Origin: a virus
Taxonomy: Duplodnaviria > Caudoviricetes
Length of the DNA stretch: 31,604 bases
Reading direction: 5' to 3' (one strand)
Virus record (IMG/VR): IMGVR_UViG_3300033067_001394
Coordinates: 1-31,604 of that record
Under the pieces are notes generated by a model, which had not been told where the DNA came from, did no database searches, and saw only the letters and a program-made list of their open reading frames with translations. The translations under genes were made by a program, and so were the position numbers. This document shows positions 9,162 to 18,402 of this stretch, one piece after another (the stretch's first letter is position 1; every line of letters begins with the position of its first letter).

Positions 9162-10793
9162 ATGAGGCTCTGGACACTGGCACTGGTGGCGATGGTGGCG
9201 GCGTGTGGCTCGGACGACGGTGGCAGCGTCCCTGGCTCGCCGGCCCCGACGGGCATGGGCGGCGCGGGATCTGGCGGGGCACCGTCGCAGTCCTGCGTGC
9301 CAGGCACCACCATTGCGTGTCTGGGCCCCGGCGCTTGCCAGGGCGCCCAACCGTGCAAGGCCGACGGCTCGGGTTACGAACCCTGCGACTGCGGCGGCGG
9401 CAGCGCTGGCGCGGGTGGCGCGTCTGGCGGTGCTGGTGGAGCCGGCGGGCAGGGTGCGGGAGGCAAGGTCTGCGTCGCGCTGACGGTGGCACAGGCTTGC
9501 TCTGGCAAGCAGTGCGGCGCCGCGGCCGACGGGTGCGGCGGCACACTGGTCTGCCCCGCGTGTGACCCGTGGCTCAAGTGTGAGGCACAGGCCAGCGGGG
9601 TATCGATCTGCACAGGCAACTGCAAGCCGTTCAACGCCGATCTTCTCGACCCCGACATCAAAGCCAAGTGCCTGAAGCAGACGCAGGACAAGGTGCAGGT
9701 TCAGGAGTGCGGGTACGACGACACGAACAAGCCCGACGGCTGCCTGATTACCCTGAATCCCGGGGTGCCCAAGGACAGCGTCCTCTGCTGCGCGCCAAAC
9801 AAGTTACGGTCGGATGACCAGCGCGCGCACGCTGCGCGGCCCCTTGATCTGCGGCGTGCCCGAGACAATGGTGTTGGCCTGCTGGTAGAGCTGCACGGTG
9901 AACGTCGCAGCGCTCGCGGCCGTGTACACGATGCCGGGACACAGCGGGCTCGACCCGGTGTTAGCGCAGTTCCAGACCCGCTTGGACGCGAGCTGTACGC
10001 CGCTGCTGACCGAAATGGCGACGTAGCCGTCAGCATCTGCCGCCTGCGGGGCAAAGGTGCAATGGCCGTCAATGATGGCGATGTCGTCCTGCTCCATTGC
10101 CAGGCTCAACGTCGGACCAAACACGCCGCCGCCGGTCGTGACGTTGGTCGTCGCGCTGACCTCTGTGCTTTCGACCGCCTCAAGAATCCGGTTGGGCGGC
10201 GGCAGCGTCTGCACGTCGAGCTTCAAGACACCGCCTGTAAAACTCGCGATGTAGTACAGGCTGCTGACCCAGTAGCCCACGGTAGCCGTGGAGTCGTACC
10301 GGAAGCCTGCGATGTCCGTGCCGACCAGCGAGCCCGCGTGATAGCAGAACATCCGGGGGATGTTTCCGGTGGCCAGAATGGCCACGTCGCCCTCGGCCGC
10401 CCCGGCGATTGCCTTGAGGTTGGCAGTCGAGGTGACCTTGCGGATCTTGGTGATGCCGTTGGTCGCGATGGCGTCGTACAGGTAGCGCGTGCGGTTGGCC
10501 AGAGCCTGCAAGGCGGTGCGCAGGTAGGAGCCCGGCCCGGCGCCCACGGGATCGCCCGCGGTGGGCACCTGGACGGGGTCGGTGAAGGCGCTGCTGTCGG
10601 TGAGGTTCGTGGGCATGGTCAGACTCCCGAGCGGAGGATCTTGAGGGTGGTGGCGCCAGCGCTGCCGCCCTCGGCGACCAGCAAGACGGCGAACGTGGAT
10701 TGGGTGGGGGTGATGCCGCCGTCGACATCGGCGCCCGCGAGGGTCGTGGTCAGCTCGCTGCCGAATGACCCGGCGGCGCCCTCGTATTCGTAG
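9162..10793 (+). CDS. Cys/Gly-rich lipoprotein (recognisable part ends near 9803; the ORF runs on antisense to tail genes)
   Basis: MRLWTLALVAMVAAC lipobox, GGAGG linkers and many Cys (DGCGGTLVCPAC), typical of myxobacterial surface lipoproteins. Confidence 0.7.
   Translation: MRLWTLALVAMVAACGSDDGGSVPGSPAPTGMGGAGSGGAPSQSCVPGTTIACLGPGACQGAQPCKADGSGYEPCDCGGGSAGAGGASGGAGGAGGQGAGGKVCVALTVAQACSGKQCGAAADGCGGTLVCPACDPWLKCEAQASGVSICTGNCKPFNADLLDPDIKAKCLKQTQDKVQVQECGYDDTNKPDGCLITLNPGVPKDSVLCCAPNKLRSDDQRAHAARPLDLRRARDNGVGLLVELHGERRSARGRVHDAGTQRARPGVSAVPDPLGRELYAAADRNGDVAVSICRLRGKGAMAVNDGDVVLLHCQAQRRTKHAAAGRDVGRRADLCAFDRLKNPVGRRQRLHVELQDTACKTRDVVQAADPVAHGSRGVVPEACDVRADQRARVIAEHPGDVSGGQNGHVALGRPGDCLEVGSRGDLADLGDAVGRDGVVQVARAVGQSLQGGAQVGARPGAHGIARGGHLDGVGEGAAVGEVRGHGQTPERRILRVVAPALPPSATSKTANVDWVGVMPPSTSAPARVVVSSLPNDPAAPSYS
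9804..10616 (-). CDS. Tail fibre/baseplate-attached protein
   Basis: Start MPTNLTDS at 10616; ALQALANRTRYL motif typical of fibre N-termini. Confidence 0.75.
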   Translation of the reverse strand: MPTNLTDSSAFTDPVQVPTAGDPVGAGPGSYLRTALQALANRTRYLYDAIATNGITKIRKVTSTANLKAIAGAAEGDVAILATGNIPRMFCYHAGSLVGTDIAGFRYDSTATVGYWVSSLYYIASFTGGVLKLDVQTLPPPNRILEAVESTEVSATTNVTTGGGVFGPTLSLAMEQDDIAIIDGHCTFAPQAADADGYVAISVSSGVQLASKRVWNCANTGSSPLCPGIVYTAASAATFTVQLYQQANTIVSGTPQIKGPRSVRALVIRP

Positions 10794-11110
10794 ACGCGCA
10801 GGCTGCCCGAGGTGATCAGGTTCTGGATCTTGAGGACCAGCTCGAGCTTGGCCTTCAACAGGCCATACTTGACCTGCAACTCGCCCAGCACCGACAGGGC
10901 CGGCGGCACGATGGCGACGGATGCGGCGGCGGCCAGGTTGGCGGCAAAGACCAGGGTGCCGCCGACGCTGGGCGGCTTGAAGGTCGTGGTGATCTTGAGC
11001 AGCGCGGCGACCTGCCCCGTCAGGCCCGGGATGTCGAGCGAGGCCACGGCCTGCGCCAGCACCGGGATGGCCACGGCCGCCGACAGCTTGCCCTTGTAGG
11101 AGATCGTCAT
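10619..11110 (-). CDS. Hypothetical baseplate-region protein
   Basis: 163 aa, ATGA-coupled to the upstream gene. Confidence 0.7.
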   Translation of the reverse strand: MTISYKGKLSAAVAIPVLAQAVASLDIPGLTGQVAALLKITTTFKPPSVGGTLVFAANLAAAASVAIVPPALSVLGELQVKYGLLKAKLELVLKIQNLITSGSLRVYEYEGAAGSFGSELTTTLAGADVDGGITPTQSTFAVLLVAEGGSAGATTLKILRSGV

Positions 11111-11628
11111 GCACTGTTGGCCTTGCTGCTGCCGCTGGTGATGTAGCCCTGCATGGTGTCGGTCACGGTCAGGGTGCCGGTGGCCGGTGCCCCGGCAACC
11201 GTGCCAGCGAAGGGGATTAGAGAAGGCATGGCGACCTCGATCAGGTCACCTACCCGGGCCAACGGTGCGGCGCCGGCCTCGTCGGCCAGGTAGATGGCCG
11301 GGGCCTTCACGACGGCCTTGACCGAGGCGGTGACCGTGATGGTGTCGAGGCTGTCCGCGTCGAACAGCACCGCCACCGGCCGGGTCACGTCGCCCTCGGA
11401 AAAGGCGAGGTGGACGCGGGCGTCGGTCTTCACCTTGACGACCACGCCGGGCAGCCCCCGCACGGGTACCCGGGACAGGCCCGCGCCCCACCGCGCGCTG
11501 TCCGGCTTCAGGTCTACGGTGCCATCGTCGTTCATGGCCTTGACCGTGGCGGGGTAGAGCGCAAAGGCGTCCACCCGGCCCATGACCCGCTCGACCAGCG
11601 CCGAGAAGAGTTCGCCTAGGCTAGCCAC
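11107..11628 (-). CDS. Baseplate spike (gpV/gp45-like)
   Basis: GTG at 11628 with AGGAG; OB-fold-like YPATV...DGTVDL...VPV and C-terminal LARVGD...ITSGS. Confidence 0.7.
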   Translation of the reverse strand: MASLGELFSALVERVMGRVDAFALYPATVKAMNDDGTVDLKPDSARWGAGLSRVPVRGLPGVVVKVKTDARVHLAFSEGDVTRPVAVLFDADSLDTITVTASVKAVVKAPAIYLADEAGAAPLARVGDLIEVAMPSLIPFAGTVAGAPATGTLTVTDTMQGYITSGSSKANSA

Positions 11629-12284
11629 AACTCGCTCCTGATCTCGTCCGGGCCGAGGCGGTGAATCACGGTATCGATGCGCTGCCCGTCGAGCGTCTGC
11701 CCGGCCTGCAACGCCCACGGCGCCGAGGTGGCCAGGGTGACGCGACCGAGGGCCGGCGCACGGGCGGTGACCTGCTGGTCCTTGCCCAGCGTCAGCACCC
11801 CGCCCGGGTCCGGGCCGAGGTACACTGTGCCGTCGGGCAGCACGCGCCACAGCACGCCGAGGGCGGCGGCCAGCGCGGCCACCTGCGCCCCGGCGGCGCC
11901 GGCCTGACGCGACCAGCGGGCCCACAGGGGCGAGAGGGTGGCCGACGGGCTGGTGCCGCTCAGGGTCTCCCCGGCAGCGGTAAGGATCTGCCCGGCGATG
12001 ACGCGTGGGCTCACGTTGCGGTAGGAGGCGCCCGGGAGGGTCTTGCCGAGGCCGTCGGCCCCGCCGACCAGGCGGACGGCCGCCGGGCCGCCCTCGGTGA
12101 CGACGCCGCCGCGGACCACGGTACCCCGCCAGGTGGCCTCGCCGTCGGCCCAGGACAGCGCCACGGCGCCGGACGGGGCGGTGCCCGCGTCGAGCCACAG
12201 ATCGGCCTGCCAGACCCCTTGGCGGGGCACGGTGACATGCCCACGGGTCACGGCCTTGCCGGCGATGGTGAGGGTAGCGGGCAT
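11616..12284 (-). CDS. Baseplate hub-like protein
   Basis: Start MPATLTIAG at 12284; PRQGVWQADL and WRVLPDGTVYLG motifs; located between tape measure and spike. Confidence 0.65.
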   Translation of the reverse strand: MPATLTIAGKAVTRGHVTVPRQGVWQADLWLDAGTAPSGAVALSWADGEATWRGTVVRGGVVTEGGPAAVRLVGGADGLGKTLPGASYRNVSPRVIAGQILTAAGETLSGTSPSATLSPLWARWSRQAGAAGAQVAALAAALGVLWRVLPDGTVYLGPDPGGVLTLGKDQQVTARAPALGRVTLATSAPWALQAGQTLDGQRIDTVIHRLGPDEIRSELWLA

Positions 12285-12285
12285 C

Positions 12286-12843
12286 TCACGGTCCCTTGGC
12301 GGTGCCGCTGCTGGACGGCGCCGACGGGGCCCCGGCCGGCTCGACCGCAGCGACGGTGGGGGCGTTGAGGGTAGGCACGCCGAGCGGGGCTCGCTTCGGC
12401 AAGAGCCACTGCTTGCACCCGAGGGTGACCAGGCGGCTCTGCGGCACCGGGCCCTCTTTGAGCCAGTCGATTTTCTCGACCACCACAGCAGTAACCCCCG
12501 CAGCGTCGGTGACCGGGTGGGCCAGCACAAACGGCTGCGGGGGCTTCTTGCTCTTCTTGGGCGCGACGATGGAGAGCAACTCGTCCAGGTCGGACAGGTG
12601 CTCAGGCGTCCACACGACGATCTCGATCCCGACCTCGGCCGGGTCGATGCCCTGGAACCGAAGCTGGGCGCTGTCGAGGCCGGGGCCGTTGGCGCTGTCC
12701 ACCTTGCGCTGCGTGGTGCAGGTGACCTTGACCAGACCGGGCACCCGCTGCGACGCGAGGAAGCAGGCATCCCACGCCGACGCCAGGGCGGGGTCGGCGA
12801 TCTGGACGCCGCTGTCGGCGAGGAAGATGGGGGTGGCGGCCAT
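12286..12843 (-). CDS. Tail tube initiator-like/hypothetical
   Basis: Directly follows the tape measure gene; 185 aa. Confidence 0.6.
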   Translation of the reverse strand: MAATPIFLADSGVQIADPALASAWDACFLASQRVPGLVKVTCTTQRKVDSANGPGLDSAQLRFQGIDPAEVGIEIVVWTPEHLSDLDELLSIVAPKKSKKPPQPFVLAHPVTDAAGVTAVVVEKIDWLKEGPVPQSRLVTLGCKQWLLPKRAPLGVPTLNAPTVAAVEPAGAPSAPSSSGTAKGP

Positions 12844-12844
12844 G

Positions 12845-14671
12845 TCAGGTCACGGCCCCAAGTTCGAGGCCCATCTCGGCAAACAGGGCGCGCAGCCGCT
12901 CGTCGACCATCCGGGCCAGGGCCTCGGTGTCGACGTTGCTGCCGGCGGGGACGTTGATCTGTACGGCGCCCGGCGCGACGGTGACGGAGCCACCGCGGCC
13001 ACCGCCGGCCCTCACGTTGGCCTGCATGGCCGGCTGGGCGAGGCCCGCGTCGGCGGCGCGCTCGACGGACGGACCGCCGCGCTCGATACCTTGCGCGAAG
13101 CCTTCGGCCGAGTAGGCGCCGAGTTTCATCATCACCCGCGAGGGCGACTTGATCTGCAAGAGCTTGCGGACGCTCTCGGGCAGCAACTGCGCCAGCGCCT
13201 CCAGCCGGGCCACGAGCTTGGCCTTGGCCGAGTCGACGCCGTCGGCGATGCCGTCCACCAAGGCCAGGCCGATGCTGCCGGCGGCGCCTGCGATGAAAGC
13301 GGCAACGCTCGCGAGCTTGGCCTCCAGGTAGGCGATGGCGCCGAGCCCGGCGGCGATGCCCACGACGACGTACCCGAAGGCGGTGCCGATGGTCTTGAGC
13401 GCGGAGCCGAAGTCGGCGGCCGAGCCCTTGCCCACGCCGAGCACGCCAATCAGTTCGCCCACCGTGTCGGCGGCCTCGCTGAAGCCCTCGCCGAACCCGG
13501 ACCCGAAGGCCTCGATCAGCGGGGCCATGGTGTCCCACAGGTCGGCACCGCCCGCGATGATCTTGTCGAGGACGGCCAGCAGTTGCTTGCCGCTGTCGCT
13601 CGCCGGGTCCAGCGCCGTGGCAACGCGGTTGAGGATGCCCAGCAGCCGGGTGGCCAGCGGGCCCGCGTTGGCGTCGTCGAACAGGCCCTTGATCCGCTGC
13701 TGGATCAGGTCGATGGCACCCGTGACGGTCTTGGCCTGGAATGCCTGCTGAAGCCCGCCGAACGCGCTCTCGCCAGCCACCTCGAGATTGACCTTGGCAA
13801 ACACGTCGACGGCCTTCTGACCGCGCAGGCCCATGCCGCCGTCGGCACCGGCCAGCCGCTGATCCACTAGCCGCTTGACGGCCACCGGGTCGAGGCCGGC
13901 GCTCTTGATGTTCAACTGCTTGGCCAGCGCCTCATAGACGCGGTTCTGGCCACCGGCCGCAAGCAGGCCGGCAAAGCTTTTCTCGACCGACAGAGCCTCG
14001 TTGCGCTTGAGCGACAGCAGGGCATCGCCAAGTTTCTCGACGCCGATGTCTTGCCCGCCCGAGGCCACCTTGAGCGAGGCGGCGAGTTGGACGAGTTGTT
14101 GACTCTCGCCCGTGGTGAGGCCCGAGCCGACCAGCTTGGAAAACTGCTCGGTCACGGTGCGGCGGTCCTGCCCGGTTGCCCGGGAGATGCCCGCGATGAA
14201 GCCCATGGTCTTCCGCGCAGCCTCGGCCGAGCCGAGCTGGAACGTCAGCGCCGCCTGGGTGTTGTCGCGGTAGCGCTGTGCGTCCAGCAACTCCTTGCCG
14301 CCTGCGATGGCGAGGCCACCGGCTGCGGCGCCCACCGCGGCCAGTGCCGCCGTCGTGGCCGCAGCAGCCCCGGCAATCTTGCCCAGCGCGGCGACCTGCA
14401 ACTCGGCGCCCTTGCGGACGATGGCGATCTTGTCGGCCGCATTCAACTGTCCCGACGCGAAGCGCTCGAAGGTGGCCGCCGCTGGCTTGCCGAAGGTCGC
14501 CTCGATCTTGCCCTTGATGGCGTCGAGCCCTTTGGTTGCCGCCTTGCCGGTCAGGGCCCCGTCGAGCTTGCCCTTGATGGCGCCGAGCTTCCCCTGAAGC
14601 GCACCGACGGCGCCGGCCATCTTCAGCGCAGGACCGCTGAACTTGTCGACCAGCTCGAAGGCGAATTTCAT
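12845..14671 (-). CDS. Tape measure protein
   Basis: 608 aa, Ala/Gly-rich and helical; starts MKFAFELVDKFSGP and has a C-terminal IKSPSRVM motif. Confidence 0.9.
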   Translation of the reverse strand: MKFAFELVDKFSGPALKMAGAVGALQGKLGAIKGKLDGALTGKAATKGLDAIKGKIEATFGKPAAATFERFASGQLNAADKIAIVRKGAELQVAALGKIAGAAAATTAALAAVGAAAGGLAIAGGKELLDAQRYRDNTQAALTFQLGSAEAARKTMGFIAGISRATGQDRRTVTEQFSKLVGSGLTTGESQQLVQLAASLKVASGGQDIGVEKLGDALLSLKRNEALSVEKSFAGLLAAGGQNRVYEALAKQLNIKSAGLDPVAVKRLVDQRLAGADGGMGLRGQKAVDVFAKVNLEVAGESAFGGLQQAFQAKTVTGAIDLIQQRIKGLFDDANAGPLATRLLGILNRVATALDPASDSGKQLLAVLDKIIAGGADLWDTMAPLIEAFGSGFGEGFSEAADTVGELIGVLGVGKGSAADFGSALKTIGTAFGYVVVGIAAGLGAIAYLEAKLASVAAFIAGAAGSIGLALVDGIADGVDSAKAKLVARLEALAQLLPESVRKLLQIKSPSRVMMKLGAYSAEGFAQGIERGGPSVERAADAGLAQPAMQANVRAGGGRGGSVTVAPGAVQINVPAGSNVDTEALARMVDERLRALFAEMGLELGAVT

Positions 14672-14683
14672 GGGGTAGCCCGG

Positions 14684-14847
14684 TCAGCGTTTGGTGTGAA
14701 TCTGCCGGTGAATGTCGAGGGCTTCGGCGATCAGGAGAGCGCCGGCCCGTGCGCGTGGACCCTCGGCACCTTGCGCCAGCTCGTGGAGGCACTGTGCGGC
14801 CGTCCACTGGTCACTGCGCGCCTGCGCGAAGGTGCTCAGAGTTTTTC
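14684..14847 (-). CDS. Frameshift extension (gpGT-like) of the tail assembly chaperone
   Basis: The -1 frame is open from the GAAAAAC run at the chaperone 3' end to 14684, just before the tape measure start. Confidence 0.55.
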
Positions 14848-15159
14848 GGAGAACGTGTCGACGATGCCAGCGATCTGCATGGCCTCGTTGCCCGCGGTCA
14901 TGAGAAGGCCGGGCTTGGCGGCGGCGATCTTGGCGACCTCGGCCGCGTCCGGGAAGACGAGGCACGCCTGGCCGATCTCGAAGATGGCCTCGGTCTTGCG
15001 CCGGCCGCCCTCACCGATCTTGTCGATGGCGCGCTGGAACTCGGCCTCGGACGGGCCGCGGACGACGAACACCTGGCCGCCGCGTTCCAGCGAGAACTTG
15101 CGCAGCTCGCCGTGCTTGGCCTTGAGGGTGTCGATGATGTCGGGGGTGAGTTCGATCAT
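14836..15159 (-). CDS. Tail assembly chaperone
   Basis: 107 aa between tube and tape measure genes. Confidence 0.75.
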   Translation of the reverse strand: MIELTPDIIDTLKAKHGELRKFSLERGGQVFVVRGPSEAEFQRAIDKIGEGGRRKTEAIFEIGQACLVFPDAAEVAKIAAAKPGLLMTAGNEAMQIAGIVDTFSEKL

Positions 15160-15167
15160 GGAATCTC

Positions 15168-15626
15168 TCAGACGCCCAGCATGGTGGGCAGCGGATTGAT
15201 GCCGTCGGGGATGACCATCATGACGAAGAGGTCGAACTTCACGGCGAGCGGTTCGTTGCCCTGGGTGAAGCTCTTGTCCTCGGTCTTGATGCGGCAGCCG
15301 ATCAGTTTGTCGGTGATGACCGGGTCGCCCTTCTTCGGGCTGTACTTGGCGACCACGTTGAACACCTTGGTCATGTAGCCGTTGCCAAGGATGGCCTTCA
15401 GCTCGTTGGCCTCGCTCAGGTACATCTCGACCGAGCCCTCGGCCGAATAGGTGCCCTGGGTGTGACCGAGCACCTGCGGCGAGATGCCGCGGACCTCGCC
15501 GGGCTCCAGACTGTGCTTGTAGCTCAGCGCCTTGAGACCGTTAATCTTGAGGGTGCCGATCTCGATCTGGAGTGAACTCCAATCATGGCGCAATCCATTT
15601 ATCAGTGGGTAGTCGGGGAGGGCCAT
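15168..15626 (-). CDS. Tail tube protein
   Basis: Start MALPDYPLING at a TGATG overlap with the sheath stop; 152 aa, beta-rich. Confidence 0.8.
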   Translation of the reverse strand: MALPDYPLINGLRHDWSSLQIEIGTLKINGLKALSYKHSLEPGEVRGISPQVLGHTQGTYSAEGSVEMYLSEANELKAILGNGYMTKVFNVVAKYSPKKGDPVITDKLIGCRIKTEDKSFTQGNEPLAVKFDLFVMMVIPDGINPLPTMLGV

Positions 15627-17065
15627 CAGGTCACCGTGGTCGAGAGGTTGGGGTTGGTGAATCCGACTTCGGCGTCGATGGTCTTCGCGTACCCCTTCGG
15701 GCGGACGCGGAGCTTGCACTTGATAGTGCTGGTCGAGAGCACGTTGTTGGCGCGGTCGGTCGTGGCGCCGACGCCGCTGGCCAGGTTCGGCTGCATGAGC
15801 GCCTGGGCCAGGGCGGCCGACACGGCGGCGTCGATGGTCTGGGCCTCGCCCTCGTCGATGGTGCCGTTGTCGTTCACCACCAGCTCGACGTTGACGAACT
15901 GGAGCAGGGCGGCGTACCCGACGCGCGAGGCTGCATCCATGACCTGCCGGTACTGGATCAGCTGGAAGTCGCTGCCGGCCGGCGCCATGATGCGGGGGTT
16001 GCAGACGTAGCCCCCGTTCATCCCGACGAACGAGCGCAGGGTGAGGAACCCGGCAGCGTCCAGGCCGGGCGTCTTGCGCTCGTCCCGGGTGAGGCTCTGC
16101 ACCGCGTCGAGCGGCCCCGACTTCACCTCGCCGAGGTCCTGGCTCAGGGTCATCGCCATAGCCCGCGCAGCTGCTGGCCACGCCGCGCCGCGGCTGAACG
16201 CCCGGCCCGAGATGACGCTGGTGACCGAGGCGAACCCGGCAGCGACCGAGACCCGCTTGGACACGAACGACGAGAAGCCGGCGATGATGTTGGCGTCGGT
16301 GTCCGAGGCGCACTGGATCAGACCCCAGGCGTCCCGGTGCGCCGTCGCCTGCGCCGTCAGGAACGTGTCCAGGGTCGAGGCCATGGTGGCCGACCCGGCG
16401 ACGTTGGCAGCCTCGCCCACCGCGAACACGAAGCGCCAGGCGCGGGCGTCGCCGGCCAGCGCGGTCAGCGCGGTGTTGAGGTTGGTGTTGGTGTAGGCCG
16501 GCGCGACGCAGGTGGCCGCGTAGGTGTCGTTGACGACGTAGGTACCGACCGCAAACGCGATGGTCAAACCCGTGTCGGTGGCGTAGGTGGTGACCGTGGC
16601 GGCGGTCACGATCTCGTCGCCGTAGGTCGGCCCGGCCGGGTTGTCGGCGTCGAACGCCACCCGGAAGCGCGCGGTCCCGCGGGCGCCGCCGAGGGTGATC
16701 TTGATCTTGATCGAGTAGGCGTCGAGCGGCGTCCCGGTGAAGGTTGCGCCCGGGTCAGGGCTGGTGCCGGTCATGGTGACCGTGCCGACGCTGCCCGCGG
16801 TGCTGTTGGTGGTGGGCACCACGATCACGGGCTTGCCGCTGACGGCGAGGATCAGCGCCGCCGCCTCGACGGCCGGGCCGCCCGAGATGCTAGTGCCGAG
16901 GGTGTCGCGCAGGGTCTGGAGGTCGGTGAACTCGTAGACGGTGTTCGCCGTGCCCTTGGTGCAGGTGCCGACGACGGCGCAGCGGTCGGTGCCGAGGCCC
17001 GCGGCCGAGCCGAGGGCGCCGTCCTTGACCGTCACGGTCACGTCGGGAAGGTTCGTGATGGCCAT
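15626..17065 (-). CDS. Tail sheath protein (DUF2586-like)
   Basis: 479 aa; N-terminal LPDVTVTVKDGALG and C-terminal SDFQLIQYRQVMD...RPKGYAKTI. Confidence 0.85.
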   Translation of the reverse strand: MAITNLPDVTVTVKDGALGSAAGLGTDRCAVVGTCTKGTANTVYEFTDLQTLRDTLGTSISGGPAVEAAALILAVSGKPVIVVPTTNSTAGSVGTVTMTGTSPDPGATFTGTPLDAYSIKIKITLGGARGTARFRVAFDADNPAGPTYGDEIVTAATVTTYATDTGLTIAFAVGTYVVNDTYAATCVAPAYTNTNLNTALTALAGDARAWRFVFAVGEAANVAGSATMASTLDTFLTAQATAHRDAWGLIQCASDTDANIIAGFSSFVSKRVSVAAGFASVTSVISGRAFSRGAAWPAAARAMAMTLSQDLGEVKSGPLDAVQSLTRDERKTPGLDAAGFLTLRSFVGMNGGYVCNPRIMAPAGSDFQLIQYRQVMDAASRVGYAALLQFVNVELVVNDNGTIDEGEAQTIDAAVSAALAQALMQPNLASGVGATTDRANNVLSTSTIKCKLRVRPKGYAKTIDAEVGFTNPNLSTTVT

Positions 17066-17355
17066 AATCGGATCTCTCCGTGCTGGGCCGCGTGAATGGC
17101 GGCGTCGTAGTCAGAGGCGGGCAGCAGCAGGCCCACGCACCAGTGATTGGCGATGTAGGCGGCGCGGTACGCCCACTCGGGCGTCTTGCGCTCGCGCTGC
17201 CATTCCTCGACCGTGCAGGTGAAGCGCGCGGTGATGGGCGGGGACAGCGGCGGGTAGTCGAGGGCAACGGGCACAAGGTCGCCGACCTTGGCCACGGGCT
17301 TGGCGGGGCCGTCATCCAAGAGGATGGGGCCCACCTGAACGACGGTCTCGGGCAT
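17038..17355 (-). CDS. Hypothetical protein
   Basis: 105 aa filling the gap before the sheath gene; GGAG upstream. Confidence 0.6.
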   Translation of the reverse strand: MPETVVQVGPILLDDGPAKPVAKVGDLVPVALDYPPLSPPITARFTCTVEEWQRERKTPEWAYRAAYIANHWCVGLLLPASDYDAAIHAAQHGEIRLWPSRTFPT

Positions 17356-17367
17356 CAGGGCTCCGGG

Positions 17368-17898
17368 TCAGGGATAGGGGGTGTCGACCTGCGTTCCGTC
17401 GGGGAACTCGGCCTCGGTCTGGGTCTTGGCCTGCGTCGGGATGATCGTGTTTTGCGACTGCCCCATCGGCATCTCGAGGATCGGTTGCCGGAAGGCGACG
17501 CGCATCACGTAGACCTCGGCGAACTGCGCCCAGCCGCTCTCGTTCTCGCTGAGGTAGCCACCGCCGATCAGCGCGTAGGCGCCGTGGGTCAGGCGGTGGA
17601 TGGCGCTGGCGAGGTCGTGGGCCAGCCGTTCGGTGTCGTCGAACGAGGCGGCGGCGACGTGGATCTCGCACGGCGCGACGCGGGTGCGGAAGGCCTTGGG
17701 CCGGCGCGCGGCGCTCTGGCCGACGTAGTCCGGCGCCTCGAAGGTCTCCTCACCGGGGCGCGGCGGGATGTAGACGATCCGGGGCATCGCGTCCTCGTTG
17801 TTGGCGAGGTACCGGGCCCCGGTGCGCGGGTTCAGGTCGGGCCAGTCCTTGACCAGCTCGGCCGTGATGCCATCGAAGATGTCGCCGAGGGTGCTCAT
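17368..17898 (-). CDS. Tail completion/terminator-like protein
   Basis: Position after the gpG-like gene; ATGA-coupled. Confidence 0.6.
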   Translation of the reverse strand: MSTLGDIFDGITAELVKDWPDLNPRTGARYLANNEDAMPRIVYIPPRPGEETFEAPDYVGQSAARRPKAFRTRVAPCEIHVAAASFDDTERLAHDLASAIHRLTHGAYALIGGGYLSENESGWAQFAEVYVMRVAFRQPILEMPMGQSQNTIIPTQAKTQTEAEFPDGTQVDTPYP

Positions 17899-18368
17899 CC
17901 GAAGAACGCCTCCAGCGCGTCGAGGGCGGCCTCATCCAGCCGCGTCGCCCACGTCGCCGGCAGGCTGTCGCCCTCGGGCAGAAACGGGCGGGCGGGGATG
18001 GTCACGGTCTTGCCGAAGAACTGGCGCAGCTTCGGGCTGTAGAGCCCGCGCTTGCCCTTGGCGTGGATGGTCGCGCCGTACTGGTGGACGGCCGCGTAAG
18101 AGACGTTGGTGCCGACGGTGAAGCCGGCCCCGGTGTCGTTGAGGGTGATGCTGCTGGCGAGGCGCCCGGTGTCGCGCAGCGGTTGCCCGCCACGCCGCAC
18201 CGGGGCCCACGCCTGCCCGGACGGGGAGACCCCGCGCGAGAACCCCTCGGCCACCAGCGCCTTGCACTCCAGCCCGACCTGCTTGGCCACGCGCTTGACA
18301 CCGTCGGACCCGATGCGCGCAAGTTGGCTCTTCAACAGAGCCAGTTCGGCATAGTCTCCGGTAATCAC
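17895..18368 (-). CDS. Virion morphogenesis protein (Mu gpG/tail completion S family)
   Basis: SPSGQAWAP, LRDTGRLASSI, VGTNVSYAAVHQYG and IPARPFL motifs. Confidence 0.9.
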   Translation of the reverse strand: MITGDYAELALLKSQLARIGSDGVKRVAKQVGLECKALVAEGFSRGVSPSGQAWAPVRRGGQPLRDTGRLASSITLNDTGAGFTVGTNVSYAAVHQYGATIHAKGKRGLYSPKLRQFFGKTVTIPARPFLPEGDSLPATWATRLDEAALDALEAFFG

Positions 18369-18402
18369 TTGTTTTTCGCCTTTTCGTGACTATGGAAGTG
18401 AT

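Noticed and set aside
9807-10793. C-terminal 330 aa of the lipoprotein ORF as a real domain
   Set aside because: It is the reverse complement of two tail genes and reads as shadow sequence.
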